Below, in pieces: positions 62,247 through 64,000 of a DNA stretch of 64,000 bases. Within the stretch, counting starts at the first letter, position 1. Every line of letters starts with the position of its first letter. The stretch is from Eledone cirrhosa (Eukaryota). Location of the stretch: contig OZ024762.1 of NCBI GenBank assembly GCA_964016885.1, positions 21,266,001 to 21,330,000 on the forward strand. The letters are read 5' to 3'. A model generated the notes under the pieces. That model was not told the origin of the DNA. It saw nothing but the letters and a program-made list of their open reading frames with translations, and ran no database searches. The position numbers and the translations under genes are program-made.

Positions 62247-63119
62247 CAGAAATTTGTCTGTATGCCGCTCAGTCTGTCTGTCCACTTGTCTGTCTGTCAG
62301 TCGGCCTGCCTGCTGCCTGTCTGTCTGTCTGCCTCAACAAGCATACTTCATCTGTCTGTGTCTGTTTGCCTGCATGCCGCCCTCCCTCTCTCGCGTTGAC
62401 CAGTGTGCCTGTAAGTGAACTTTTGGGAGACGGAAACTGCCGAAGCCCGTCGTGTATATATATAAACTCCCCCTCTCTCTCTCCCGTTACTTAGCTGTTC
62501 AACCAAAAACAAACAAACAAACAAAGCAAAACAAAAAAGAAAAGGTCGATGACATAAGCACCAGCCCCAGAAAAGAAAAACATTATGAGATAGATTTGAT
62601 CGACTAAAATAAAGTATTGCCCTAGCATGGCCGTAGTCTACTCACTGAAACCCTGAAAGAAGTTAAAAGAAAATAGTAATAAAACCCTCATATTAACAAC
62701 GAGATTTATGTAAGAGTACCAGGTAATTTCTATATGGTGTCTCATTTATACTGTCAAGTTAGTGTTAAATTGTAAAAAACAAAAATATATTTCGCCTAAG
62801 CTCATTTTGGGGCATCGATTTCAATAACCACTTAAGTCGCTTATGTCCCGATGAAATACATGAATATCCTACCTCTTCCATCACGCCATAAAAATATGAC
62901 CTTGTATTTGAGTATGGAATCAATATTACCGTTTAAAACCTTTCAGGTTATTTCAAATTAGATTTTTTCTTCTTCTTCTATAATGTTTCTCTTAATGGAT
63001 GGATTGTCTTCTATTCCCAGAAGAGAACATATATCTAGGTACAGAGGCTTCTTAAAAATGTCACCAAAGAGCGAAATATCTGATGATATTTCTGTATACT
63101 TTTCTATTACTATTACTAT

Positions 63120-63283
63120 TGGATCGGACGCCATGCTTTGAAGCATAGAGTTACCTCCCTTTATGATCTGAGTTCAAATCCCGCCGAGGTTAACTTTGCC
63201 TTTCATCCTTACGGGGTCGATAAAATAGCGTACCAGTAATACACTGGATAATTGCTGGCCTTGTGCCAAAAGTAGAAACAATT
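63120..63283 (+). mobile_element. Nin-domain SINE (5'-truncated)
   Basis: ggatcggacgccatgctt...gagttcaaatcccgccgagg...gtagaaacaatt. Confidence 0.9.
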
Positions 63284-63449
63284 ACTATTTTTACTGATTT
63301 CATTCATTAGACTGCGGCCATGCAGGGGCATCTCCGCATTGAGGAAATTTCAATCGATCGTATTGAGCTCAGTTCGTATTATGCTTTGTTTACTTATTCT
63401 CATTCTGGGACTCATTTTGTTTTGTCTAACCACTAGTTCACGGACGGGT

Positions 63450-63835
63450 CATAGACCACACAACCATGCCAAGACCCTCATAACCACGCAGACATTCCCG
63501 TGAACTCTTAACCACGCAGTCGCAAACCCTTCTTATATTCTACTGATATACGTACCCCCTCCCATAGCCACAGAGGTCACAGCCATTCCTGTCGTTTCAT
63601 CTTATCTTCTCAGCCAACCACTTTTTTAACTATACAACCATATTACCCTCGCACCCAAACATTCACGTGCCCCTCATAACCACATAGCTACAGCTGTACC
63701 TTTTAACCACACAGCCATTCCTGCGCTCCACTTCACTTCTCAGCCCTTCCCGCGCTTTCTTAATCATACAACCATATCTAGCACCTCATATCCACATAGT
63801 TATATCTGCCTCTACTAGCTACCCAACCATCCCAA
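63450..63835. repeat. Old degenerate ~29-bp minisatellite
   Basis: Recurring (t/a)aaccac(a/g)cag(c/a)cattcc units. Confidence 0.6.
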
Positions 63836-63845
63836 CTCTTCTCTT

Positions 63846-64000
63846 CATCATCATCATCATCATCACTCGTCGACTACTGTCGAGATGATGGATCTCACTC
63901 TCATGCCCCAGAATCCCCTGTCCCCCATCGCTGCCCCCAGGTCCTGTCTGCTGAATCCCGTATCCCTAGAGATAACGTCAGGGAATGACAGCTTCCTACT
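63846..64000 (-). mobile_element. RTE-X-like LINE 3' end with (TGA)n tail, cut by the window edge
   Basis: RKLSFPDVISRDTGFSRQDLGAAMGDRGFW..* parallels LTYVD..DTGL..QDMAAIMRDRDRW at 4260-4350. Confidence 0.65.

Overview
Eukaryotic, AT-rich, repeat-saturated non-coding DNA. I found no host gene, rRNA, convincing tRNA or CRISPR array, and almost every entry in the ORF track is a translated microsatellite. The repeat complement (Nin-domain tRNA-SINEs, RTE, R4/Dong-like and Tx1 LINE remnants, huge degenerate (TA)n fields) resembles an octopod cephalopod genome; this is inferred from recalled repeat sequences, not from a search. The main finding is that many short 'unique' islands inside the (TA)n tracts look like termini of Penelope-like elements (PLEs). 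They fall into about 9 families and carry type-I hammerhead ribozyme (HHR) motifs, often as fold-back palindromes with a ribozyme copy on each strand. Two families carry non-canonical catalytic cores: U3-A8 (UUGAAAA) and U4A (CAGA(A/C)GA). One family shows pairing-preserving changes in stem II. Several fold-back centres coincide with the ribozyme itself. One copy sits about 200 nt downstream of a GIY-YIG-like C-terminal remnant. Also present: a 59-bp and an 87-bp minisatellite, a mariner remnant, a Sola2-like MITE, local duplications and two transcription-factor motif clusters. All structures were read by eye and coordinates are approximate to a few bases.
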